Assembly (NCBI GenBank): GCA_033851545.1
Contig: JAWWOO010000105.1
Location: forward strand, 2,988 to 66,987
Length of the DNA stretch: 64,000 nt
Origin: Frankiales bacterium
Lineage (GTDB): Bacteria > Actinomycetota > Actinomycetes > JAWWOL01
Direction of reading: 5' to 3'
The position numbers were made by a program, and so were the translations under genes. Positions 37,712-46,492 of the stretch are shown in pieces. Below the pieces are notes generated by a model that ran no database searches, was not told the DNA's origin, and saw only the letters and a program-made list of their open reading frames with translations. Numbering within the stretch: position 1 is the stretch's first letter; each line of letters begins with the position of its first letter.

Positions 37712-38709
37712 CCCTTCCCGCGGTCCTCGCCGTCGACGGCGGCGGCAGCAAGACCGACGTCCTGCTGGCCGATCGGCAAGGGCGGCTGCTGGCCCACGCG
37801 CGGGGCGCCGGCACGAACCCGCAGATGATCGGGATCGACCTGGCGATGAGCCGGGTCCAGGCCCTGGTCGAGGACGTCGCGTGGCAGTGCGGCCTCGTGG
37901 TCGGCAGCGGCCCGGTCGCCGGGCACGCCGCCGTCTACCTCGCCGGGGTCGACCTGCCGGCCGAGGTCGAGGAGGTGGAGCGTCGGGTGGTCGCGGCCGG
38001 CTGGGCTCCGTCCCACGTCGTCGACAACGACGTCTTCGCCCTGCTCCGTGCCGGGACCAACAACCCGGACGCGGTCGCGGTGATCTGCGGGACCGGCATC
38101 AACTGCGTCGGCGTCCGCCACGACGGAGCGACGTCGCGCTTTCCCTCGCTCGGCCCGATCACCGGGGACTGGGGCGGCGGCGGTCATCTGGGGGAGAAAG
38201 CGCTGTGGTGGGCCGCCCGCAGTGAGGACGGCCGGGCGGAGCCGTCGTCCCTGCAAACTGCGGTCGCCGACCACTTCGGCCTGCCGTCGGTGTTGGCCGT
38301 CGGGGAGGCGTTGCACTTCGGCCGGATCGACGAACACCGGCTCGCTGAGCTGACCCCGCTGGTGTTCGCCCATGCCGCGGCCGGGGATTGGGTCGCGGTC
38401 AAGCTGGTGGACCGGTTGGCGCTCGAGATCGCCGCCATGGCAACGGTTTCCCTGGGCAGGCTGGACCTGCTGGCAGCCAAGGCGGACGTCGTACTCGGTG
38501 GCGGCATCCTCCGCGCCGGTCACGACGGGCTGCTCGCGGACGTCGAGCGGCGGATCCGTACGCAGGCTCCCGACGTGACCTTGCGGGTTGTCACTGACGC
38601 TCCGGTGGTCGGTGCCGTGCTGCTCGCGCTCGACCACGTCGGGGCGACGGCAGAGGCCGAGGCCACCGCCCGTCTGCAGACCGCTGCCTGGCTCGCGCGG
38701 TCGTCCTGA
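37708..38709 (+). CDS. BadF/BadG/BcrA/BcrD-type ATPase (N-acetylglucosamine-kinase-like sugar kinase)
   Basis: GTG 37708 overlaps the GH4 stop (GTGA). The phosphate-1 motif AVDGGGSKT is at the N-terminus, with CGTGINC downstream. Confidence 0.85.
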   Translation: MTLPAVLAVDGGGSKTDVLLADRQGRLLAHARGAGTNPQMIGIDLAMSRVQALVEDVAWQCGLVVGSGPVAGHAAVYLAGVDLPAEVEEVERRVVAAGWAPSHVVDNDVFALLRAGTNNPDAVAVICGTGINCVGVRHDGATSRFPSLGPITGDWGGGGHLGEKALWWAARSEDGRAEPSSLQTAVADHFGLPSVLAVGEALHFGRIDEHRLAELTPLVFAHAAAGDWVAVKLVDRLALEIAAMATVSLGRLDLLAAKADVVLGGGILRAGHDGLLADVERRIRTQAPDVTLRVVTDAPVVGAVLLALDHVGATAEAEATARLQTAAWLARSS

Positions 38710-38710
38710 T

Positions 38711-39355
38711 CTAGTCGTCCGGTGGCGTCGGTGGGGACTCGGACGACCGCTCGGCCCGGCGGCGGCGGATGACGAGCACGACGACGAGCAGGATGACCAG
38801 ACCGAGGAGGACCTCGCTGGCGGTGCCCGCAACCTTCTGGACCTTCTGATAGCTCGCGCCGGCGAGGTAGCCGAGCATCGTGAAGCCGATCGCCCAGACC
38901 AGTCCGCCGAGGGCGTTGAAGGCCAGGAACCTCCGGTACGCCATCTTGGAGGTGCCGGCGAGTCCTGGCATGACCGCACGCAGGAACGCGGTGAACCGGC
39001 CGAGGAAGACCGCCCGGCCCCCGTTGCGCTTGAGCGCGGCCTGGCCCTTCTCCAAGGCCTCGCGGTGCCGGTCGAACACCGTGAGCCCGAGCAGCCGCGG
39101 GCCGAAGTGCCGGCCGACCTCATAGCCGACGCTGTCGCCGATGATCGCCGACGCCACAGCGACGATGATGACGAGCGTGAGCGACACGCTGTGGCGCTCG
39201 GCGAGCACGCCGCCGAGGACGACAGCCGTCTCACCCGGCAGCACGAAGCCGACGAACAGGGCGGCCTCGGCGAACACCAGAGCACCCACCAGCGCGTACG
39301 CAGGTGGGCCGTGGAGGGTGAGGATCTGGTCGACGGTGGAGCTGATCACGCTCAT
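38711..39355 (-). CDS. DedA-family membrane protein
   Basis: Blocks FAEAALFVGFVLPGETAVV, IIGDSVGYEVGRHFG and GRAVFLGRFTAFLRAVMP. Confidence 0.9.
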   Translation of the reverse strand: MSVISSTVDQILTLHGPPAYALVGALVFAEAALFVGFVLPGETAVVLGGVLAERHSVSLTLVIIVAVASAIIGDSVGYEVGRHFGPRLLGLTVFDRHREALEKGQAALKRNGGRAVFLGRFTAFLRAVMPGLAGTSKMAYRRFLAFNALGGLVWAIGFTMLGYLAGASYQKVQKVAGTASEVLLGLVILLVVVLVIRRRRAERSSESPPTPPDD

Positions 39356-39367
39356 CGTTCGCTCACG

Positions 39368-40524
39368 TTACCGGACCCCTGCGGGGTCGCCCATCGCGGG
39401 CGCCCTCAGGAACGTCGCGCCGAGCGGGCGGGACACCAGCAGGGCGGCTGCGACCACGGCGACGCAGACACCCAGCCGGAGACCGCCGAGGACCCGGTCG
39501 CCCAGTGGCAGGTAGCGGCAGAGGAAGAGGGCGCCGAAGACCAGCCAGGTCCAGACCGGGAAGTCCCGGCCCTTGCGTGGACGTCCCAGATCACCGCTCC
39601 GAGCAGGATCGCAGCGGTGTAGTAGCTGTAGACGCCGGGGTCGAGCGCGATCCTTGCGGCTGCTGCCACCATCACCGCCGCGGCCCATCGCCCCCGGAGC
39701 ACGGCGATGCCGCCGAGGATGAGCCCGAGCACGAACTGCGCCGGCCGGTCCCAGGACGGGGTCGTCCCCGCCGTCACGCCCAGCACCCGGAGCGAGGATG
39801 CGGGGCTGTTGGGGATCCCGAACCTGGCGGCGGTCAGGGTCGTCGGATCGGCGATGACGAACAAGGCCGCGGTGAGCACGACCGGGACGACCGCCCAGGC
39901 AGTCGTCCGGAGGCGCTGCCCGGCCGGAACGGCCCACGCGAGCGGAAGGAACGCGATCGCCCACGGCTTCGACAGCGTGGCCAGTGCCAGGAGCACACCT
40001 ACGGACGTCGACCCACCGCGGACCACGGCCCGTACGGCGAGGGCGGTGAACGTCAACGCGAGGACGTCGTCGAGGTGCGCGAAACGTACGGACAGGTCGA
40101 CCCAGGCGGGCACGAAGACCACACCGGCCAGGAACACCCGGCGCTGCAGGCGTTCCCGTGCCAGTGTGCCCACCGAACGTCGCGCGTCGTGCTCGAGGAC
40201 GAGCAGGGCGCCGAGCCCGAGCAACGTCATGGCCAGCTCAGCGACCGGTGCGCCGTCGTCCCACAAGGTCACCAGACGGGCCGCGACGAAGCTCAGCGGC
40301 CCGATCTGCAGCTCCGGGTGAGCGGCGTAGACGTGCAATCCGCACGGCCCGGTGCCGCCGGCGCAGAACAGCGACCGGCTGCCCTCGACGAAAAAGTGCC
40401 AGGACTGCCCGCGGTGGGCTCCGTAGGCCCAGGCGCACGCTGCCGCGAGCGCGAGCAGCGCAAGATGGTGCCAGTAGCGCGCGATCACCACGGCGGTCCC
40501 GGATCGGGCTCCTGGTGGCTTCAT
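39368..40524 (-). pseudogene. GT-C-like (DUF2029/GT87-like) integral membrane glycosyltransferase with an apparent 1-nt frameshift near 39585
   Basis: Frame A (ORF 39406..40524) is a multi-helix protein up to ...AAILLGAVIWD, then becomes Ser/Pro/Trp junk with poor GC3. Frame B (the tail of ORF 39368..39964) becomes GC3-saturated and helical at the same point (DFPVWTWLVFGALFLCRYLPLG...VCVAVVAAALLVSRPL). The family call is tentative. Confidence 0.5.
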
Positions 40525-40636
40525 CGGGAAGAACCGTACGGAACGTGCGTGTGTGTCGGATGAGGAAAATTTGCCGTGCTACCAGGGTAACTGATGCTCA
40601 TGGGAGGCACATGAGCGCCCATTAGCGTGCCCCGGC

Positions 40637-41473
40637 ATGACCTCTGAGGCCGCCGTCCCCACCCGTCGCGACATGCTGAACAAAGTCCCCGAGATCACCG
40701 TCTACTTCTGGGTGATCAAGATCCTCTGCACCACGGTGGGGGAGACCTTCGCCGACAACCTGAATCAGAAGCTCAACCTCGGGCTGACGAACACGACCTG
40801 GGTCATGGCCGCAGCACTTGTCGTGGCGCTGGCCTTCCAGTTTCGCGCAAGTGCCTACGTACCAGGGGTCTACTGGCTCTCCGTCGTCCTCATCAGCGTC
40901 GTCGGCACCCTGATCACGGACAACCTGACCGACAACGTCGGCATCTCGCTGGTCACGACGACGGTGGTCTTCGCCGTCGTGCTCGCTGCGGTCTTCGCGG
41001 GCTGGTTCGCCAGTGAACGCACCCTGTCCATCCACAGCATCACCACCACGCGGCGCGAGGCGTGGTACTGGCTGGCCATCCTGTTCACCTTCGCCCTCGG
41101 GACGGCCGCAGGGGACCTGACAGCTGAGCGGCTCGGCGTCGGCTACTGGCAGTCCGCCCTGCTCTTCGCGGGCCTGATCGCCGCGGTCGCCGCCGGGCAC
41201 TTCGCCTTGCGGTGGCGGGACTCCGTACTCGACGCCCGCAGTGCGTCACAGGCGGTTCTCGCGTTCTGGCTCGCCTACATCCTCACCCGGCCGCTCGGCG
41301 CCTCCATCGGCGACTACCTGTCCCAGGCGACGGCAGACGGCGGGCTCGGCCTCGGCACCGTGCTCACCAGCGTCATCTTCCTGGCCGCCATCCTGGCCAT
41401 GGTCGTGTTCCTGTCCGCGACCCGGCTCGACCGTACGGAGCCCTCCGAGGAGCCCGACCTCATCTCCGCCTGA
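40637..41473 (+). CDS. DUF347-type four-repeat membrane protein (paralog 1)
   Basis: Four internal repeats, each with a conserved Trp and a G-x3-D-x-L motif: YFWVIKILCTTVGETFADNL, VYWLSVVLISVVGTLITDNL, WYWLAILFTFALGTAAGDL, LAFWLAYILTRPLGASIGDYL. Confidence 0.8.
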   Translation: MTSEAAVPTRRDMLNKVPEITVYFWVIKILCTTVGETFADNLNQKLNLGLTNTTWVMAAALVVALAFQFRASAYVPGVYWLSVVLISVVGTLITDNLTDNVGISLVTTTVVFAVVLAAVFAGWFASERTLSIHSITTTRREAWYWLAILFTFALGTAAGDLTAERLGVGYWQSALLFAGLIAAVAAGHFALRWRDSVLDARSASQAVLAFWLAYILTRPLGASIGDYLSQATADGGLGLGTVLTSVIFLAAILAMVVFLSATRLDRTEPSEEPDLISA

Positions 41474-41531
41474 GCGGGTCGCTCACGTTCCGCTCATCCG
41501 CCGTACACGTGCGGCGCGTCATCATCGATGG

Positions 41532-42215
41532 ATGCGCCTTCTGGTGGTCGAGGACAACGCGCGGATGGCGTCGCTGCTCCACCGCGGGCTGACCGAGGAG
41601 GGCTACTCCGTCGACGTGACAGGTGACGGCCTCGAGGCGATGGAGTGGACCGCCCAGCGGACCTACGACGCCGTGGTCCTGGACGTCATGCTCCCCGGCG
41701 CAGACGGCTTCGAGGTGTGCGCCGACATGCGGCGCTCCGGCCGCTGGGCGCCGGTCCTGATGCTGACCGCTCGCGACGAGGTCGACTGGCGCGTACGGGG
41801 CCTGGAGTGCGGCGCCGACGACTACGTGGTCAAGCCGTTCGCCTTCACCGAGCTGACGGCGAGGCTGCGGGCGCTGGTCCGCCGGGGGGCCCGCGAACGG
41901 CCGCCGACCCTGACCAACGGCCAGGTGCGGATCGACCCGTCGGGGCGCCGGGTCTGGAACGGCGACCACGAGGTGTTCCTCGCGCCGACGCAGTTCGACC
42001 TGCTCGAGCTGCTGCTGCGCCATCCGGGCGAGGTCTTCAGCCGGTCCCGGCTGCTCGCGGAGGTGTGGGACATCGCGGCGGACCCGCGCAGCAACGTGGT
42101 CGACCAGCACATCGGAAGCCTGCGCCGCCGGCTGCAGGAGTCGACCGACTGGGACGACCTCGAGACCGTACGGGGCATCGGCTACCGGCTACGCCCGATC
42201 GCCCCAGCGGACTGA
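41532..42215 (+). CDS. OmpR-family response regulator
   Basis: Trimmed to ATG 41532 (MRLLVVEDN). Receiver Asp in AVVLDVMLPG. Winged-helix C-terminus ends in VRGIGYRL. Confidence 0.95.
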   Translation: MRLLVVEDNARMASLLHRGLTEEGYSVDVTGDGLEAMEWTAQRTYDAVVLDVMLPGADGFEVCADMRRSGRWAPVLMLTARDEVDWRVRGLECGADDYVVKPFAFTELTARLRALVRRGARERPPTLTNGQVRIDPSGRRVWNGDHEVFLAPTQFDLLELLLRHPGEVFSRSRLLAEVWDIAADPRSNVVDQHIGSLRRRLQESTDWDDLETVRGIGYRLRPIAPAD

Positions 42216-42216
42216 C

Positions 42217-43575
42217 GTGCCGCTGCGGCTGCGGCTCACCGCGCTGTTCACCCTCGCCTCGGTCCTGGTGGTCGTCCTGGGTGGCTGGCTCTACCTGCAC
42301 GAGCTGAAGGTGGGCCTGCTCGACGCGACCGACGCCTCGGTGCTCAGCCGGGTCGTCCCGTTGCGGGCCGGTCTCGGCGAGCTGTCCGGCACGACGACGG
42401 TGGCCCCGCCCCCGGCCAACAGCGACGTGGGCGGCCTGCTGACCCGGGTCGTCCGCCCGGACGGCTCGATCGCCGAGCAGTCGCCGTCGCTCACCGGTGC
42501 CGTCCTGACCGACCCGGGCCGGCCCCGCAGGACGGGCCCCGTGCTGCGGACGCGGGAGGCCGGCGGGATCCCGTACCGCGTGCTGGTAGAGCCGGTCACC
42601 CGCCCGGACGGGACCTGGACGGTGCTGGTGGCCGCGCCCCTGGTCGAGATGCGGGAGACCATGGAGAACCTGCGGCACAGCCTCTACGTGGCCGGTGCCC
42701 TCGTGGTGCTGCTCTCGGCGATCGGGTCGTGGGCGCTGGGATCGGCGGCCCTGCGCGCGGTGGAGCGGATGCGCCGGTCGGTCGAGGCGATGACGGCTGA
42801 CGACCTCTCGGTACGCGTGCGGGTGCCGCGCGGGCGGGACGAGCTGGCCGCACTGGGCACCACGTTCAACGCATTGATCGACCGGCTCGCGCATGCGCTG
42901 GCCCGGCAGCGCCGGTTCGTCGCCGACGCCGGCCACGAGCTGCGCGGCCCGCTCGCGGTCCTGCAGATGGAGCTCGAGCTGGCCAACCGCCCGCAGCGCA
43001 CCCGCGGGGAGCTGGCGGCGGCCGTGGGTGCGGCTGCCGAGGAGGTCGAGCGGCTGGCCCGGCTCGCCAACGACCTGCTCTTCCTCGCCCGCTCGGACGA
43101 CGGTGCGCTGCAGGTGGTCAAGGCCGACGTGATGGTGGAGCCACTGCTGCGCCAGGCGGTGGCCACCCGGCTGCTGACCGCTTCGGCTGCGCGGGTCGAT
43201 GTGGCGGTGCTGCCGGCCCCTGGGCTGCACGCCGAGCTGGACGCCGACCGGATCCGGCAGGCGCTGGACAACCTGCTCGCCAACGCCGTACGTGCTGCGG
43301 GACCCGGTGGCAGGACGGTCGTCGAGGCGGCGGCGCACGACGGTATGACGACGATCGCCGTACGGGACAGTGGACCCGGGTTCGTGCCGGAGTTCCTGCC
43401 GCGGGCCTTCGAGCGGTTCACCCGCCCGGACGCGGCTCGCAGCGACCACAGTGGTGGCAGCGGACTCGGCCTCGCCATCGTCCAGGCCGTCGCCGAGGCG
43501 CACGGCGGGCACGCCACGGCGGCGAACCTCCCGGAGGGCGGAGCAGAGGTCGTGATGCACCTGCCGATCGGCTGA
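42217..43575 (+). CDS. sensor histidine kinase (HisKA/HATPase_c)
   Basis: Two N-terminal TM segments. H-box FVADAGHELRGPLAV, N-box NLLANAVRA and G-box DSGPGF...GGSGLGLAIV. GTG start 1 nt after the response-regulator stop. Confidence 0.95.
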   Translation: MPLRLRLTALFTLASVLVVVLGGWLYLHELKVGLLDATDASVLSRVVPLRAGLGELSGTTTVAPPPANSDVGGLLTRVVRPDGSIAEQSPSLTGAVLTDPGRPRRTGPVLRTREAGGIPYRVLVEPVTRPDGTWTVLVAAPLVEMRETMENLRHSLYVAGALVVLLSAIGSWALGSAALRAVERMRRSVEAMTADDLSVRVRVPRGRDELAALGTTFNALIDRLAHALARQRRFVADAGHELRGPLAVLQMELELANRPQRTRGELAAAVGAAAEEVERLARLANDLLFLARSDDGALQVVKADVMVEPLLRQAVATRLLTASAARVDVAVLPAPGLHAELDADRIRQALDNLLANAVRAAGPGGRTVVEAAAHDGMTTIAVRDSGPGFVPEFLPRAFERFTRPDAARSDHSGGSGLGLAIVQAVAEAHGGHATAANLPEGGAEVVMHLPIG

Positions 43576-43629
43576 GCCGAGAAATGCTGTGGCATTGATG
43601 AGAAGAATTCGGGCCGACATATCCGCGGT

Positions 43630-43673
43630 GTTCACGGATTGTTCGTCTCGGTCAACCTTTGTGGTCAACTGCC
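43630..43673 (+). promoter_or_regulatory. 11-nt-phased direct repeats GTTCACG / GTTCGTC / GGTCAAC (PHO-box-like, OmpR-family binding-site candidate)
   Basis: Units start at 43630, 43641 and 43663 (in 11-nt phase). An out-of-phase GGTCAAC starts at 43650. All lie in the visibly lower-GC leader of the phosphodiesterase gene. Confidence 0.35.
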
Positions 43674-43732
43674 GTCAGTAGACCTTTCCTGTGTGCGCCG
43701 GCATCTGACCGGCCCGGAAAGGACATCGGGAC

Positions 43733-45388
43733 ATGGCTCTCCGCTATCGACGTGTCGCCGCAGTAGCCGGTGCCGCAAGCCTGCTGGCCGCGGGGGTGTC
43801 GGCTCAGGCAGTTGCCGCGTCACCGGCCAGGACCAGCAAGCACGTGCTGCTCATCTCCGTCGACGGGCTGCACCAGTCCGACCTCGCGTGGTACGTGAAG
43901 GCCCATCCGTCCTCGGCTCTCGCAGCGCTGGTCAAGCGCGGGCGGCAGTTCAGCAATGCCAGCACGCCTTTCCCCTCCGACTCCTTCCCCGGCATGGTCG
44001 CCCAGGTCACCGGCGGCAACCCGAAGACGACCGGTGTCTACTACGACGTCTCGTACAACCACGCGCTGGACGCGCCGGGCACGATCGACTGCACGACGGC
44101 CCCGCACGGCACCGACGTCAACTACGACGAGTCGGCTGACCGGGACCTGACCAAGCTCGACGCCGGCCAGGGTCTCGCCGGGCTGCCGGGCAGCATCCTG
44201 TCGATGACCAGTACGCCCCAGACCCTGCTGGACCCGGCCAAGCTGCCGGTCGACCCCAAGACCTGCCTGCCGGTCTACCCGCACTCCTACGTCAAGGTGA
44301 ACACGGTCTTCGAAGTCGCGCGCAGCCACGGCCTGCGCACGGCCTGGTCGGACAAGCACGCCGCCTACGACATCCTCAACGGTCCTTCCGGCACCGGGAT
44401 CCAGGACCTGTTCACGCCGGAGATCAACAGCGACACGGCGACCGGCGACTGGACGACGGACAACGCGGACACCCGGCAGTACGACACGTACAAGGTCGGC
44501 GCGGTCCTCAACGAGATCAACGGTTTCGACCACTCGGGCAGCCGGCCCGTCGGCGTTCCCGCCATCTTCGGGCTGAACTTCCAGAGCGTGTCCACTGCCC
44601 AGAAGCTGCCCGTCTCCCCGAGCCTCGCCGGCGGCTACCTCGCCGACGGCGTGACGCCCGGACCGCTGCTCTCCGGTGCGCTGGACTACGTCAACACCCA
44701 GGTCGGCCGGCTCACCTCGGCGCTGCGGTTCCACCACCTGGCATCGTCGACCACGGTGATCCTCTCGGCCAAGCATGGCCAGTCTCCACAGAACGGCGCG
44801 TCGCTGACCCGGATCGACGACGGGGCGATCGTCGACGCGCTCAACGCCGCCTGGAAGGCCGCCGGTCACCAGGGCGCCGACCTCGTCGCCCACGCCTCGG
44901 ACGACGACGGGATGCTGGTCTGGCTCAGTGCCCGTTCCCAGGCCGCAGCCGACTTCGCCGCCGCCTTCCTGCGTGGCTACGCGGGCAACGGTACGGCCAC
45001 CGACGGCCACGCCAAGGCGACCGACATCGCGGGCACGGCGAAGGCGTACACCAGCAGTGGGCTGTCCAAGATCTACGCCGGCTGGGGCGCGTCGAACTTC
45101 ATGGGTGTCGCGCACAGCGACTCACGGGTCCCGGACCTGATCGGCATCGCCCAGCACGGCACCGTCTTCACCGGCGGCACCAAGAAGATCGCCGAGCACG
45201 GTGGCAACGACCCGCAGGACCGGCACGTCCCGCTGGTCGTTGCCGGCCCCGCCGTCCACGCCGGCGTGAGCGGCAATGCGGTCGAGACCACGCAGATCGC
45301 CCCGACGATCCTGTCGGTGCTGGGCATCAACCCGCGCGCCCTCAAGGCCGTCCGGGTGGAGCACACGGCGACCCTGACGCTGCACTAG
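43733..45388 (+). CDS. secreted alkaline-phosphatase-superfamily nucleotide pyrophosphatase/phosphodiesterase
   Basis: Signal peptide with RYRR...AQAVAA. Metal and nucleophile motifs LLISVDGLH and FPSDSFPGMVAQVTGG, plus a later AEHGGNDPQD block. Confidence 0.85.
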   Translation: MALRYRRVAAVAGAASLLAAGVSAQAVAASPARTSKHVLLISVDGLHQSDLAWYVKAHPSSALAALVKRGRQFSNASTPFPSDSFPGMVAQVTGGNPKTTGVYYDVSYNHALDAPGTIDCTTAPHGTDVNYDESADRDLTKLDAGQGLAGLPGSILSMTSTPQTLLDPAKLPVDPKTCLPVYPHSYVKVNTVFEVARSHGLRTAWSDKHAAYDILNGPSGTGIQDLFTPEINSDTATGDWTTDNADTRQYDTYKVGAVLNEINGFDHSGSRPVGVPAIFGLNFQSVSTAQKLPVSPSLAGGYLADGVTPGPLLSGALDYVNTQVGRLTSALRFHHLASSTTVILSAKHGQSPQNGASLTRIDDGAIVDALNAAWKAAGHQGADLVAHASDDDGMLVWLSARSQAAADFAAAFLRGYAGNGTATDGHAKATDIAGTAKAYTSSGLSKIYAGWGASNFMGVAHSDSRVPDLIGIAQHGTVFTGGTKKIAEHGGNDPQDRHVPLVVAGPAVHAGVSGNAVETTQIAPTILSVLGINPRALKAVRVEHTATLTLH

Positions 45389-45397
45389 TCAGTCCCT

Positions 45398-45436
45398 GAG
45401 GGCCCGGTACGGCGCAGGCTGCCGTACCGGGCCCTC
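45398..45436 (+). terminator. intrinsic-terminator-like hairpin (perfect 16-bp stem, 7-nt loop)
   Basis: GAGGGCCCGGTACGGC gcaggct GCCGTACCGGGCCCTC, starting 10 nt after the stop codon. No U-tract. Confidence 0.65.
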
Positions 45437-45520
45437 GTGCTCTCACCCTCATCTCACCCCCTCGACACATCCGGATGTTTCACTGGTCCGGACAGAGCCC
45501 TTGGGGAGAGGACCCTTGCC

Positions 45521-46345
45521 ATGCCGTTACTGGCCGAACTGCGGGCTGGCCTGCGCCAACCGGTCGCCGCGAAAGTGCCGGAGATTACGGCAATCTTCTG
45601 GGTCATCAAGATCCTCACCACCGGCATGGGCGAGGCCACGTCGGACTGGCTGGCCGGCGTCAACATCGCCCTGGCCGGCTTCGTGGGGCTCGTCGGACTC
45701 GTCATCGCGCTCTGGCTGCAACTTCGCACCGAACGGTACGAGGCCCCGGTCTACTGGTTCGCCGTCGTGATGGTCGCCGTCTTCGGCACCATGGCGGCGG
45801 ACGGGCCGCACAAGATCCTCGGGGTGCCCTACACGGTCTCGAGCACGTTCTACGCGCTTGCCGTGGCTGTCGTCCTGACCGTCTGGTACCGCAGCGAGGG
45901 CACCCTGTCGATCCACAGCATCGTGACCCAGCGCCGCGAGATGTTCTACTGGATAACGGTTCTGGCCACGTTCGCCCTCGGCACGGCCGCCGGCGACCTG
46001 ACGGCGTTCGTGTTCCACTGGGGCTACTTTGCCTCAGGCGTGTTCTTCGCGGTCGCCATCGTCCTGCCGGGTCTGGCCTGGTGGAAGCTCGGCCTCAACG
46101 GCGTCGTCGCCTTCTGGGCCGCGTACGTGCTCACCCGCCCGCTCGGAGCCTCGTTTGCCGACTGGCTTGGCAAACCGCACTCGAAGGCCGGCGGGGTCGG
46201 CTGGGGTGACGGCACCGTGGCGGCCCTCGTCACGGTGCTCATCGTCGCCCTCGTCGCGTACGTCGCCAGGACGCGCAGCGACGTGCAGAGTCCCGAGCGA
46301 GCCGGTCTCGACGACCGCGACCTGGTGCCCAACTCCGCGTCCTAA
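45521..46345 (+). CDS. DUF347-type four-repeat membrane protein (paralog 2)
   Basis: ATG 45521 lies about 8 nt after GGAGAGG. Same four-repeat architecture as 40637..41473: IFWVIKILTTGMGEATSDWL, VYWFAVVMVAVFGTMAADG, FYWITVLATFALGTAAGDL, VAFWAAYVLTRPLGASFADWL. Confidence 0.8.
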   Translation: MPLLAELRAGLRQPVAAKVPEITAIFWVIKILTTGMGEATSDWLAGVNIALAGFVGLVGLVIALWLQLRTERYEAPVYWFAVVMVAVFGTMAADGPHKILGVPYTVSSTFYALAVAVVLTVWYRSEGTLSIHSIVTQRREMFYWITVLATFALGTAAGDLTAFVFHWGYFASGVFFAVAIVLPGLAWWKLGLNGVVAFWAAYVLTRPLGASFADWLGKPHSKAGGVGWGDGTVAALVTVLIVALVAYVARTRSDVQSPERAGLDDRDLVPNSAS

Positions 46346-46492
46346 ATCTCCTGGCGGGCACAGCAGGCCTGACCGGTCCATGAGAGACGGGAGAGTTCTG
46401 AGCAATCACGCTCTGGTCACAGGCGGCACAAAGGGACCTCGCAGGAACGGCGGGAAGTCTCTGCGTAGTTGTCCAGTCAAAGGAGCGTCGTC

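Noticed and set aside
37690-39285. 531-aa minus-strand ORF overlapping the kinase and DedA genes
   Set aside because: It is out of frame with the clear DedA signature and antisense to the BadF-type kinase. The product is Arg/Ser/Pro-rich.
40596-40616. Hairpin GCTCATG-ggaggca-CATGAGC upstream of the first DUF347 gene
   Set aside because: The stem is only 7 bp. It is too far (about 21 nt) from ATG 40637 to sequester its RBS. No second copy exists elsewhere in the window. I noted it only as part of the promoter region.
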